Source of the DNA: Tubulanus polymorphus
Taxonomy: Eukaryota; Animalia; Nemertea
DNA length: 64,000 nt
Direction: 5' to 3'
NCBI RefSeq assembly: GCF_964204645.1
Contig: NC_134032.1
Span: forward strand, 186,001 to 250,000
Shown here: piece by piece, positions 12,397-25,712 of the stretch
Layout of the letters: every line of letters starts with the position of its first letter
Numbering within the stretch: position 1 is the stretch's first letter
The notes under the pieces: model-generated
The model's input: only the letters and a program-made list of their open reading frames with translations
What the model was told of the DNA's origin: nothing
Database searches by the model: none
Made by a program: the position numbers and the translations under genes

Positions 12397-15300
12397 ATGG
12401 AAGCTCGTCGTCTATTTCTGTTTCTCGTGTTCGTCACTATTTGCCTACAACAAGTTGCAGGTAAAACGTACCGTACATATTGCATTATGCGAGTTTTGAA
12501 CCGCAGATTTCCAGGAGCGGATCCGTGGATTTTGAATTTCTATATTTTTTTTTTGGGGGGGGGGGGGAGGGAGGGTAGGCAAAACTTTCTAGACCTATTA
12601 CAAACATTGAGGTACATGAAAAGCGATCTAGTGGGTTTGAGGGCGCTGTCAAAGAAGATATGATAATTTCTAAGCGTCTAAGATTGATTCTAAAACGAAA
12701 CGTCCGCTTCTCCATCCTCTTCAATTCACTCTTAAATTTTCATATCACCGATCGAACGAACGCGCGAATGAAGCCGTTGATCGGATAACTTTATTTGAAT
12801 AGTTTAACAATGAAAATTCTGTATTATCAAATCATTTTGAACAGGAGACGATAGCGCATATAATATTAAAAACATTGCTCCCTCCATATGCTGGTATTTT
12901 TTAGAGTGACTGCACGCATTGATTTTTTTTTTTTGATGTATGCAATGATTTTTTTTTTTTGATGTATGCAATTGCAGCTGCTGAATTAACGATGATTTAG
13001 ACCCCGCACTATGTAGTTGGATATATAAGCTAAATTTTACTTAATCACATTAGCTCTTACTACTTTACAAAGCAAGGTTGATATTTGCTGTGTGTTACAC
13101 CTGTTTTCTGAGAGACGTTTTAATCCGTAATTTCGTTTTAATAAACTATTGATCAAATTCGGAATTTTCGTAAGGAGTTTGATCGCCTACAGAAATAAAC
13201 AACGATTTTTGCTTAACTTATTGTTTTCATTCAGCAATAGTTTACTCAGCAAACGCTCGCGTTCAAGTTCAAGTTCAGATTTATTTCACAGAAAGCATGA
13301 CAGGCTATGTACACAGGTTGAGAGAAAACAAACTATAAAATTTACAATTTTTTTAAACAAAGCACAATTATAAAAAGAGAGAGAGAACAGTAGCTTTCAG
13401 TGTGGGCCAAGCAAAGCCTTTAGGCCGCTGTCACAAGCACCCAGGGACAAAAAACGAAAGGGAAATGAAGAAATAAAGGAGAAGGAAATGAAAGTTGATG
13501 ATTTTTTATAATAATGCTAAACTGCTCCGCCGACGCTCGGAAACGCTGCTATGACGTCATCGCCTGTTCATTTGCATAACTAAACAATGTAGGAGGCGCC
13601 ACGTTACGGGCCATGGAAGCCGATTTTCAGCGTAAACTATCGCTGATAGATGAAAACACAAATTGATGCAATTTCATGATAAATTTCTGAATACAAATTC
13701 CTTACTGAACAAATTGGTGCATAATATTCACAGATACGTAAATTGACTATTAATAAAATGTCGGACCAAAACGTCGCACGGGGAGCTTTACTGTGACAGA
13801 CAGATTTTCACGGTGGGCTGATTGTCAAAATGAAAGAGGTGGCAGTTCCAATACTAATCATCTCTTGTAAAAGGATGGAGATTAACAGGACTGTTTGCGT
13901 TTATCTTGTATCGATGTAGATTTCAGGATTCCGGGACCAGGGGAAACTCGCGACCGGCGACGGAAAAGCGCATTGGCTTTTCAAGTAAAATGGCTTCACA
14001 AAAATGTCTTGAGATAAAATCCCACTATTTACAGATTAAAAAGAATTTAAAAACCAGAATTTATTTATTTAATCAAAAATATATAAACGACACGACGTTT
14101 CGATCTCAGCCTAGAGATCATCGTCACGTGTGAGATATAGATTAAAAACGTCGTGTCTTTTATTTATTTTTGATTGAATAAATAAATTCTGGTTTTTAAA
14201 TTCTTTTTAATCTGTAAATAGTGGGATTTTATCTTATTATCCGTTCACCACGTTTGATTGGTTATAGTTCTAAAAATGTCTTCTTTTCGTTTTGTACTAT
14301 CTTGAAATATTTCTCTATCCATCCAACCGCGCAGGTAACCGGAAGTCGCTATGTCCACAAGGATGGCGGAGGTTCCGGGATGACACTTGTTACCTGGTTT
14401 CCGAACAGGAAGTCACGTGGCACGCCGCTCAGAAGGAGTGTTGGCGCCAGGGTTCGATGCTGTTCGTACAACACAATTCAGCCGAATCTGAGTTTATAAA
14501 ACCGCTCTTAATTCCTGACAGAAACTATTGGATCAGCGCAAGATTTGATCGCAACAGAGGCGGTTTGTATCCAATCATATAGCGGAAATATTTCAATGTG
14601 TTTATTCGTTTAATAAAATGGTCACCGCAACCTCTATGTAGAAAGTCTTTTTTAAGGAATTAATTTAAAAGTTTTCGATCTATTAATGATTTCTTAAATA
14701 ACATGTTAGTGTAAGTTCTACCAACACAATGAGCTTAGACTAGTCTTAATTTTTTCAGATTGGCTATACAATCAAAACGTGCTTAGACCGTCTTAAGTTG
14801 TTAGATTGGTTATAGAACCAAAATGAGTTTAGACTAGTCTTAAGTTGTTAGATTGGCTATAGAACCAAAATTTACTTAGGCTGGTCTTAAGTTGTTAGAT
14901 TCTGTAGAGGTAACCAGATTGAGTAAATTTCTATAATCAAATGTAAGAACAGCGAGACTCGTGAAACTGGTATCAGTTCTCTCGCATTCTCAATTCGTTT
15001 CAGTGTGGGATGATGGAGTGATTATTCATCGATTAGATAAAGCAGATAATAAGACAGATTATTGTCTGACCAGTAACGGAACACAAGCTCAATGCGACGA
15101 GTTATACAGCTTTGTATGCGAAAAAAGTTTAAACTGTAAGTATATTTTAGTATCTTAAAAGCAGAGTTAGTAACGTTATTTTGAATAACGGATCTTGTCC
15201 TATTTTACTACTTGCTTTTTTTAGCATCACTGTCGACAATATTGAGCAAGGTGTACGCTAGAATTATACCTTGTTTTCTGTTAAGCTTGAAAGTTGAACC

Positions 15301-18300
15301 CTCCGGTCGCCAATCTAAAGAAACATTTCAGACTCTTTTTATTCTTAGTGTGCAGGGATTTTATATTATCTTTACAACACGTGCTCAGAGTGTTTCATCA
15401 ATGGTTATAATGAAGACAACATCAGTATTCCTGAAGATGACTATTAGGATATAGTCGAAACGTTGAATAAACTACACTAGCTCAAGGAAACATTTCAGAC
15501 TCTTTTTATTCTTAGTGTGCAGGGATTTTATATTATCTTTACAACACAGACTCAGAGTGTTTCATCAATGGTTATAATGAGGACAACATCAGTATTCCTG
15601 AAGATGACTATTAGGATATAGTGGAAATGTTGAATAAACTACACTAGCTCAAGGAAACATTTCAGACTCTTTTTATTCTTAGTGTGCAGGGATTTTATAT
15701 TATCTTTACAACACGGACTCAGAGTGTTTCATCAATGGTTATAATGAGGACAACATCAGTATTCCTGAAGATGACTATTAGGATAAAGTTGACACGTCGA
15801 ATAAACTACACTAGCTCAAGGAAACATTTCAGACTCTTTTTATTGTTAGTGTGCAGGGATTTTATATTATCTTTACAACACGAACTCAGAGTTTTTCATC
15901 AATAATTGTCTCTATTTCAGATGTATATGCTGCGGCATCATCGCCCTACAAGATATCTCTCTCCTGTCCGAGCGATATGCAAATCCATATGATACAATGG
16001 CTGTCTGGACCGGAAGACGCCAGCAGTTCCGAGAACTGTACGCTGGAAAATGAGGTAATGCCTCTTTAAAATCATAATCTCTTTATTTATAATAGTACCC
16101 TAGTTCCAATATAAAACCTAATATAAGCCATCTCAGTTTAAACGACAATTATCTTGCCAACTATTGCAGATGTCGACTTACATTTAGTAAATCGAATTTT
16201 GAATACAAATTGAGACTCAAAATATAAAATGACTTCCGCACTGTGACCACTTATCATAATGATGAATAACATTCAGTAAATTGAATTAGAAAGAAAATCA
16301 ATTATGAAAATGATTGCTTGCACTTAATTTAATCTAATTAAAAGTAAAAATCTAATTGGGACTTAAGACTTCAGTAATTCAGACGTCTTTCGCAGGTGAC
16401 GACCTATACCTTGTAAATTGAATTGCAAATACAAATTGGTTTTCTACAGGCCTGGCCCCGCAATACATTCAACCAGCCCAGCTCTACGTGGGAAAATGCA
16501 AAAACTGTATGCGAATTGAAAAACGATTGCGATTTCACATTCACACCTAGCGCAGTCAACACGTGCTATTACAAGTCGTATGTCGTGTATACATGCATCC
16601 GTCCTGTAGGTATGTACAATATGCACTATTGATATTGGATTGATATTTTTTAAGGTAAGGGTTTAATCAGAGGGATTGGGTTACAGTGTGCCTGTCGCCA
16701 ACACTTCGAAAAGGCTGTAATCTCGTCGTGAACGGTCCAATAGGGTTAGACTCGGCTTGGAGTAATAAGACTGAAACCTTATTACTCCAAGGTCTTGGGA
16801 TAAAAGCAAGATCAGCGCTGGGTCAGACAAGTGCGTTCGAGTCCTGCTGGCTGCTTACAACGCGCGAGTAACACTTGAAAGGTCGTGATCTCTTCGCCGT
16901 CCGTCTTTTTCTATGATTTCCTTAGCAGTTCATTTGAACTGGGCGCATCATTGTGTGCTGATCGATATTTTAGTTCGCAGAAATTCCGCTATCGTTATTC
17001 ATCGGGGCAGCACTGAATGGTCGAGCAATAACACAACTTCTACTGCGGCATGCGAGGAGAATTGATACAGTTGTTTCAGTAAAATTGTATCGTTGATTTT
17101 GAATAATATCGCTTTTATCTGTAAGAGAATCAGCCTTTAGAAACGATTTTCAAGCCGCCTTTTAGAAAACTCTTTGCTCGCGCGGCGGACTCACATGCCG
17201 CAGGAAGAATTCATAGCAAATCAATTTTTATTTCCGAAGATTTTCAGACCATTGAATATAAATAAAGTCAATATTTTACTAGAAATACGAAAATCTTAAG
17301 TGTAACACTGTACCTAACCTGACGATGATCTCTAGGGTGAGATCGAAACGTCGTGTATTTTATATTTTAGATTGTTTGCATAAATAAATTCTCGATTTCA
17401 AATTCTTTTAATTTGTACATAGTGGATTTTTATCTTAATATCCTTTAACCTATTTGAGTGTGGTTTTCATACTATAACTCTATAATTTCCAGTATGTCCC
17501 GCAAGTACGACCAATATTTCGAAAAACTATGAGACGTTCAAACAACGCGAATATTGGTATGTCCGCGATGGAATGTGCTACGGTCGGTATCGCTGGGATT
17601 ATCAATTCTTCGACGCCGAGGATGCGTGTCAAAAATACAGTAAATACAGTCACGTGTTCGCGTCGGATTCGACTTACGGGTACGACGCACTGTTCACGGT
17701 GGGAGCGTGAGTATTTTCAATGAGATATTGATTAGATTCCGTAGACACGTGACTCTCTAATACAATGGGGTACCGGCACCGCTACCGTGGCAATCGAGGA
17801 TCCGCCAGGTTTGCTAGTGGCGTTACCGCGCTTCAATTTCTTTTACGTTCCGACAAAATTCGAGTCAACTTTTCTCATTAGTAAATCAATCTCTGATGAA
17901 CCATTCACTTATTGGGATTTTGGATTTTTTGATTTGAGAGCCTAAAAATCCAGTTCAAAGTTCATTGAAAATGTACTAGTTTTCACTAGGCATAGCTGAG
18001 TGTATTGTAGCGCCATCTTGTTTGTGCCGATACACAATTAGAAAAAAATAAAACTAACTTAATATAAGTTAACGCACATGTTTAGTATTGTCTAAGATAC
18101 AGATACATAATAGATTAACTAGAAAGTTAACACATGTACTGTTTAATATTATCTCAGATAAATATCATAATATAAACTTTAAAGTAATAAGGATCAATAA
18201 AAGTATTTTGGATTTGGTTATGTCTATAAATGGGTTGAGCGGTAACCAGTCTGGCCCAACTATATTGATGACATAGTGCACATCCTCTGAAACATAATTA

Positions 18301-21300
18301 TTGAAATTTATCAAAAATTAAATAAGATTTGATTTAGACTGAATTCTATGAGACATTTTCAAAACTAAGAGAGTAGTGACGTTTAGACTCAATTATATGA
18401 GACATTTTCAAAACTACGAGAGTAGTGACGTTTAGACTCAATTATATCCATCTTCAGGACTTAGAACCACTTATCATATATATTCCTGAAGATGACTAGA
18501 ATATAATCGAAACGTTGAATAAACAATATCAAAAATTTCAGACTGTTCTTATTCTTATGATGCAAGGATTTTCACATTATTTTGTTATAAGAAACTATTT
18601 AACAGGATGAGAAAACGAGAAGTGTTTGTAGGCTATCGTTACGAGCAACACTCTATGAAATGGGTCGATGTTCACGGACATGTAGAACCAGCGATGAAAA
18701 CGGCGTTGGAAAATAACACATCGTCTGATACGTGCGTGCAGGTTCATTCGCAACAAGGTTTCGATAAAACTCAATGTGACGTAGAGCTGTATTTCGTCTG
18801 CGAAGTGCCCGACCTGCGTGAGTTTGTTTTTGAAGTTAAGCAAAAGTTGATCGAGTCTCGATTTTTCGAAACCGAAAATAGAGATGACTTCAGCAGTAAT
18901 GTGATAGCATTTCGTTCTGGGTCCAGGTCCACAGTTAACGCATTGAACATAAACTGCCTCCAACTCAGAATTAACTCTAACTCATGTGGAACTGTCGGTG
19001 CTGGTGACTTACACTAATGCAGCTGTCAAACTACTGTCAGCACAACATCCACCGATCCCCCATTCGACAGACATTTGTCTTTGAAAGGGAATTAGGGCTT
19101 TATGTCTGAACCAAAACTTCTAGACGGACATTCACAATTTATGAAACATATGTTCATCCAAACTTCGCCATTAAAAAGGTGTTTGCCTGAGAGGGTGTGG
19201 CTACAGACAGCTGATTGACAGCTGCATAAAAAGACTGAATTGGAAATAGCAAATTGGGACTACAAATAGAAACAACTGTCAAACCTGTCATACCTTCTGT
19301 TTTCAAGGAACCTTGGATTTCAGCTATCGATGAGTGTCCGTTCTTGTTTAAGACCCTGATAAAAAAAGTGAATATCATAATTTATTTCTTTTATCCAACT
19401 TTAGAATGTTCGCGCCCCCTGGGACTAGAAGATGGCCGAATCGGAAACGACCTAATGACGGCTTCCACTCATTTTTCTGATATGAAACCACATTTTGCTA
19501 GACTAAACGACCCCAATGGCGCTTGGTGCATCAACGCTACACAACCGTCGGCATACTTACAAATCCAGTTCCCTGGTGTTGAGAAGATTTTCGGTGGGTA
19601 ACAATTCCATAGGTGTCATGTCCACCCTGTCATGTTCAGGCATCGTTTCCTCGTAAGGCGCCGGGTCCATTCTCACTCGTAATAAAGTGGTCTTATAGGA
19701 CGAGCCTTGAATTGTAATTCAGGCCACAATTGCTTTATAAGCCGTTGATACGGTAAACCAACTTTCAACACTATAAGGCCGGAACGAACTCGTACTCAGA
19801 CCGTCGTAGCTGTGCACGCAAGGGCGGAAGAAAGGGGGCCAAGTAGAGGGGGGTTAAGGGATCTCAAGTAGAGGGGGTTAAGGGATCTCAAGTAGAGGGG
19901 TTTAAGGGATCTCAAGTAGAGGGGGTTTAAGGAATCTTAAGTAGAGGGGGTTAAGGGATCTCAAGTAGAGGGGGGTTAAGGGATCTCAAGTAGAGGGGGG
20001 TTAAGGGATCTCAAGTAGAGGGGTTTAAGGGATCTCAAGTAGAGGGGGTTTAAGGGATCTCAAGTAGAGGGGGTTTAAGGGATCTCAAGTAGAGGGGGGT
20101 TAAGGGATCTCAAGTAGAGGGGGTTAAGGGATCTCAAGCAGTAAAGGGATCTCAAAAATTGAGACTAAAAAAATGTCACCCACCAAAGAGATGCGCAGTG
20201 ACCGAGTGGGTAAAACCGAGACGGTTCAAATCCTGGTGGTGACAGAGATTTAAAAAGATCATTCTTTTTAAGTAAAATTATTTTATCTCTTTTCGTTCTT
20301 TCTGAAATCTGTAAAATCTGCTCAGTTTTGTTCTCTATTTGTGAATCGTGTTGAAAAGTGAAGTTATTTTTCTGATTACCCGTCAGGTATACAAACCAAA
20401 GCGTACGCCACCCACGGAGACTACAGGTTCGTGTCGAAATTCAAACTTACCGTCAGCATCGATGGAGAAAACTGGTCTCAGGTTTATATGAAAGATGGTG
20501 ACGAGGTAAGCTTTCTAGATTAATACGGGCAAGCTGGTTGCCCGATTCGATATTTCGTTCCCACTCATTTTCAATTCGTAAGTTATTAAAAATATTTTCT
20601 AATTCACTTATAGACCATCGTTATATCGAAGGGGTCTTAAGTTATTAGAGGGCCCACGACCTGCGTTCAATTTCAGCCGAACTTGAAATGAAATCATTTT
20701 CCCGCGCCTGAATATTTAAAAGAATAATTTAGAGTATGCAATTTTACTTGTAGAGCTCAATTGGGAACTTGAATATTTTATAGGCTGATGATATTTGAAA
20801 AGCCCATCAAAATCTATGTGATACATTCTACTTTTTGAAACGAAATACATAACGCATTTTGACGTAAATATTGCAGATATTTCCGGGGAATTTCGGGTTT
20901 CACTTCACCAGGCTGGTTACGTCTTATTTCACGCGCGTATTGGAGGCTAAGTATTTGAGACTGAACGTCATGGAAACCAGTGACGTAATCGGTTGTATCC
21001 AGGCTGAAATTCTCGGCTGTGTTGGTAAGTTGCTGTTGACACTTAACTGTCCGTCAAACCTCGGGAAGTATCGACTCTTAGCTGACGGCCAGTGTGACGT
21101 CACGTGTCTCGTCCATGTAAAAGCTGCATATTCAGATTGAAGAGAGGACAAAGAGCAACTCGAACTCACAACAGTAGATCTGAAATCCTGAGTTCAGAGT
21201 TAACTCAAACCCGCAAGTGTAAAACTGGATCCAATGAGTTCAGTCTTAACTCTAAATTCACAACTGTGGAACTGGATCCTGAGTTCACAGTTAACTCGAA

Positions 21301-21883
21301 CTCACATCTGTGGAACTGGATCCTGAGTTCAGAGTTAACTCAAACCCGCAAGTGTAAAACTGGATCCAATGAGTTCAGTCTTAACTCTAAATTCACTACT
21401 GTTGAACTGGATCCTGAGTTCACTGTTAACTCTGACTCACAACTGTGGAACTGGATCCTGAGTTCAGAGTCAACTCTAACTCACTGTGGAACTGGATCCT
21501 GAGTTCAGAGTCAACTCTAACTCACTGTGGAACTGGATCCTGAGTTCAGAGTCAACTCTAACTCACTGTGGAACTGGATCCTGAGTTCAGAGTCAACTCG
21601 AACTCACATCTGTGGAACTGGGTCCTGAGTTCAGAGTCAACTCGAACTCACATCTGTGGAACTGGATGATGTGATAAACGAATGCCGCAGATGCAGAATT
21701 CAATAGCCCGAAAACGTGTGATGTTCTTAGGATCAAAAACCCAAAATAAAAGCATATTACAGTATAATGAGTGTAATCGCTGCGCTGCGGATTTGAAACA
21801 GAATCTGAATGTATCCGGGGAAAAACCCGATTTCTAAAATAGATCTATTATTATTTTCAGATCCAAACGTCGGCGAAACGTAA
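12397..21883 (+). CDS. Secreted multidomain lectin: signal peptide, C-type lectin domain, SUEL/Gal-lectin-like domain, second C-type lectin domain, F5/8 type C (discoidin) domain; about 540 aa
   Basis: Exons 12397-12460, 14335-14562, 15004-15135, 15921-16054, 16450-16609, 17493-17706, 18606-18817, 19405-19593, 20387-20505, 20877-21024 and 21861-21883 are phase-consistent (1623 nt). Motifs: CPQGW..CY..VTW..AQKEC..YWI, FVCE, CSRPLGLEDGRI..ARLN..GAWC..YLQI..GIQT..IFPGN..EILGC. The SUEL assignment is the weakest. Confidence 0.85.
14012..14234 (-). mobile_element. Inverted-repeat element carrying a second-family hammerhead motif (Penelope pLTR-like)
   Basis: Arms of about 90 bp at 14012-14100 and 14146-14234 are reverse complements. 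The minus strand at 14089-14131 reads ACAC-GTGACGA-T-GATCTC-TAGGCT-GAGATC-GAAA-CGTC-GTGT. Confidence 0.65.
14728..14900. repeat. 47-bp repeat family copies
   Basis: CTTAAGTTGTTAGATTGGCTATAGAACCAAAATGAGCTTAGACTGGT-like units, the same family as at 22.6, 32.3, 45.0 and 51.6 kb. Confidence 0.75.
15320..15903 (+). repeat. 167-bp hammerhead satellite array 2, sense orientation in lectin gene intron 3
   Basis: Monomers at 15423, 15590 and 15757; only the 15426-15469 copy has an intact motif. Confidence 0.88.
17315..17440 (+). mobile_element. Solo copy of the second hammerhead-bearing element
   Basis: CTGACGA-T-GATCTC-TAGGGT-GAGATC-GAAA-CGTC-GTGTA followed by an AT-rich tail homologous to 14146-14234. 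Confidence 0.65.
18481..18585 (+). repeat. Diverged solo monomer of the 167-bp hammerhead family
   Basis: TATTC-CTGAAGA-T-GACTA-GAATA-TAATC-GAAACGTT-GAATA plus downstream homology (TTTCAGACT..TATTCTTA..GGATTT). Confidence 0.75.
19841..20155. repeat. About 24-bp G-rich minisatellite
   Basis: AAGTAGAGGGGGTTAAGGGATCTC repeated about 12 times. Confidence 0.9.
21160..21668. repeat. Tandem amplification of a dispersed MITE-like repeat (CACAACTGTGGAACTGGATCCTGAGTTCAGAG)
   Basis: Units of about 40 bp; related sequence occurs with inverted symmetry at 47247-47445 and 53645-53895. Confidence 0.75.
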
Positions 21884-22069
21884 TGATTCTCTTCTCATCG
21901 ACGGAGCGATAAAAATGGGGAAAAAAGAAATTTAAAAAAATCGTCAAATTATTAGAAATGATAGTTTATTTTACAGTTTACCTCGAGAGCAGTCGTTTCC
22001 TAAATTTCAGTTTTGTACATCTGGCTTACCTCGTATTTATAAAAGTCTTCTGGACCCAGTATTTCCGCG

Positions 22070-25000
22070 TTAGTTGGAATTTGTAATTGCTGATATAATA
22101 AATACCTTACCCCGATATTGTGTGGTTGTGTCAGTTGTCGTAGCGACTTCGGTCGTCGTTGATGTTGTAGTTGAAGGTGGACAAAACCATTGTATGAAAA
22201 TATAGTCCTGGTCGTCGACGTAATAGTGACTGACATCTTCATGATCGGCAATAGATAGGAAACATCTAGCATTCGACCTGGAAAATATATACCGACGAAT
22301 GTTTGTTTGCAAGGTCGTAGGAACGTGTCGGGGTCGAGGAGGACAGATAGCGGGTACACACTGCTCATTTGCATAAATAAATAAACAAACGCGAACAAAA
22401 TGGCGGCGGTTCTCGACAATTTAAAGCTCAATTTTCGAGCATATTTATCAATCTTCGGCACAAAATGGATATTTAAAACAATGATTTATCTTATATTTAG
22501 ACTTCACAACTCTACTGATTCGATTAAGTCTAATTTGAGGTATGTACACCGAACATTATGCGAAATATCCCAAAAAGATCGACGTCAATAGAAAATGAAT
22601 AGACTTTAGTCTTAGCTGATTATGGTTCTAATTCTATAACCGATCTAACGACTTAAGACTTATCTGTCAACTTATGACCAGCCTAAGCTTATTTTGGTTC
22701 TATTGCCAATCTAACAACTTAAGACCAGTCTAAGCTCATTTTGGTTCTATCACCGATCTAACAACTTAAGACCAGTCTAAGCTCATTTTGGTTCTATCAC
22801 CGATCTAACAACTTAAGACCAGTCTAAGCTCATTTTGGTTCTATAACCAATCTAACAACTTAAGACCAGTCTAAACTCATTTTGGTTCTATAACCAATCT
22901 AACAACTTAAGACCAGTCTAAGCTGATTTTAGCTAAGAACAATCTAACGACCTATATGACCAGTCTATAAGATCAGCTATTAAGTTCTGTATCCGATCTA
23001 TCAACATAAGACTACTCTTCGGAGCTTTTATCACGTCCCGCGTACAACTTCGAGTTCCAAGCAGCATTACTTATATCATGGGATTAGTGGACAGTATAAT
23101 ATAACTTACGGATAATAGTCGGCAGATTTGCATAAAAAGTCTTTTTCTCCGGCGCAAGCCTTCTTACAATCGGCTACACTCTTCGTCGCCTGAATAGTTT
23201 TATAGTTAAAGCCTCTTATCAACTTGCCTTTTACTTCTATCCACTGGAGAGGTTGATCACCGGCGCATTGAGCCGGTCCAACTGAAAGATTTGATCGAGA
23301 AGTACTTCAAGTCACATCATAATAGCCACATGCATCGAAGGCAAGTCCATTGCTAGAATTATTTGACGCTTCCTACTGGACATTTAGGCTACAGCTTATT
23401 TTGAGTCTTTTATTTGATTTTATCAATTCCTGAATTTGCTAAAATAATCTAATTTATTGCTATCTCCTTTTGGAAAAACCTTGTCTAGATCCATTGAAAA
23501 ATGCTACAAAATAAGATTTACATAAGCTTATTGATAAAATATATAAAATCGCACACTCAGTATTCAGGGATTTTATAATATCTTTACAACACGGACTCAG
23601 AGTGTTTCATCAATGGTTATAATGAGGACAACATCAGTATTCCTGAAGATGACTATTAGGATATAGTGGAAACGTTGAATAAACTACACTAGCTCAAGGA
23701 AACATTTCAGACTCTTTTTATTCTTAGTGTGCAGGGATTTTATATTATCTTTACAACACGGACTCAGAGTGTTTCATCAATGGTTATAATGAGGACAACA
23801 TTAGTATTCCTGAAGATGACTATTAGGATATAGTGGAAACGTTGAATAAACTACACTAGCTCAAGGAAACATTTCAGACTCTTTTTATTCTTAGTATTCA
23901 GGGATTTTATAATATCTTTACAACACGGACTCAGAGTGTTTCATCAATGGTTAAAATGAGGACAACATCAGTATTCCTGAAGATGACTATTAGGATATAG
24001 TGGAAACGTTGAATAAACTACACTAGCTCAAGGAAACATTTCAGACTCTTTTTATTCTTAGTGTGCAGGGATTTTATAATATCTTTACAACACGGACTCA
24101 GAGTGTTTCATCAATGGTTAAAATGAGGACAACATCAGTATTCCTGAAGATGACTATTAGGATATAGTGGAAACGTTGAATAAACTACACTAGCTCAAGG
24201 AAACATTTCAGACTCTTTTTATTCTTAGTGTGCAGGGATTTTATATTATCTTTACAACACGGACTCAGAGTGTTTCATCAATGGTTATAATGAGGACAAC
24301 ATCAGTATTCCTGAAGATGACTATTAGGATATAGTCTAAACGTTAAATAAACTACACTAGCTCAAGGAAACATTACAGACTCTTTTTATTCTTAGTGTGC
24401 AGGGATTTTATATTATCTTTACAACACGGACTCAGAGTGTTTCATCAATGGTTATAATGAGGACAACATCAGTATTCCTGAAGATGACTATTAGGATATA
24501 GTGGAAACGTTGAATAAACTACACTAGCTCAAGGAAACATTTCAGACTCTTTTTATTCTTAGTGTGCAGGGATTTTATATTATCTTTACAACACGGACTC
24601 AGAGTGTTTCATCAATGGTTATAATAAGGACAACATCAGTATTCCTGAAGATGACTATTAGGATATAGTGGAAATGTTGAATAAACTACACTAGCTCAAG
24701 GAAACATTTCAGACTCTTTTTATTCTTAGTGTGCAAGGATTTTATAATATCTTTACAACACGGACTCAGAGTGTTTCATCAATGGTTATAATGAGGACAA
24801 CATCAGTATTCCTGAAGATGACTATTAGGATATAGTCGAAACGTTGAATAAACTACACTAGCTCAAGGAAACATTTCAGGGATTTCATATTATCTTAACG
24901 GGCTCAATAATTCATCAATTTGTTAGCAAGTATTGAACTTACACTCGGAGCAGTTCCAATGTGAATACTCGTAGGTGAGTCCTTTTACGAAATCGTCTGG

Positions 25001-25680
25001 TCTATTGATCATCGTGTCCGCCGACAGGTGGCAGGTCATGATCGAGTACGATATTGAACGACATTTGAAGTTAAGTTCCAGTAGACACTTACTGCGGCAC
25101 TCGGTGATATCTTGCACGTCGATAGTTTTTGCAGATGATGAACTCGCTTGTGAGGATGAGACGAGACGGCGTTCGTCGTATTGAACCCATCTCACGTTGT
25201 TACAGCTTTGTTTGATAACCAACGCAACATCTAGTAATAATAATAGTCGTGATAGTAATATTGATAACAAGCCATGGGCGACAACAAGTCTCGGGCTCAG
25301 ACTCGAATCAGAAAATATCACGTGATATTTTCCCTTGCATTTTAGATTATATAGGGCCGACTTAAATTTTGTCAGAACAACTTTTTTTCAAGGTCATGTC
25401 GCTGAGATTTAAGTGCCAAGTTCTGCCGCTAGGTGGCTTGTTCCCGTACTAATCACTTCAGTGTTGTTTTGTAAATATTTGTATATACATGTGTAATAGT
25501 TTTCCTCCATATACCATGGAAATGTTTGGAGTGTAAATAAAATCGTAATCGTAATCGTAATCTAACATATTACACAGATTTCATATCAAGATCGACCCTA
25601 CTTCTAACGAAGCTGAATAACTGAACGACATACACGCAGACAGACAGACGGACAGACAGACAGACAGACGGACGGACACA

Positions 25681-25712
<32 letters not shown>

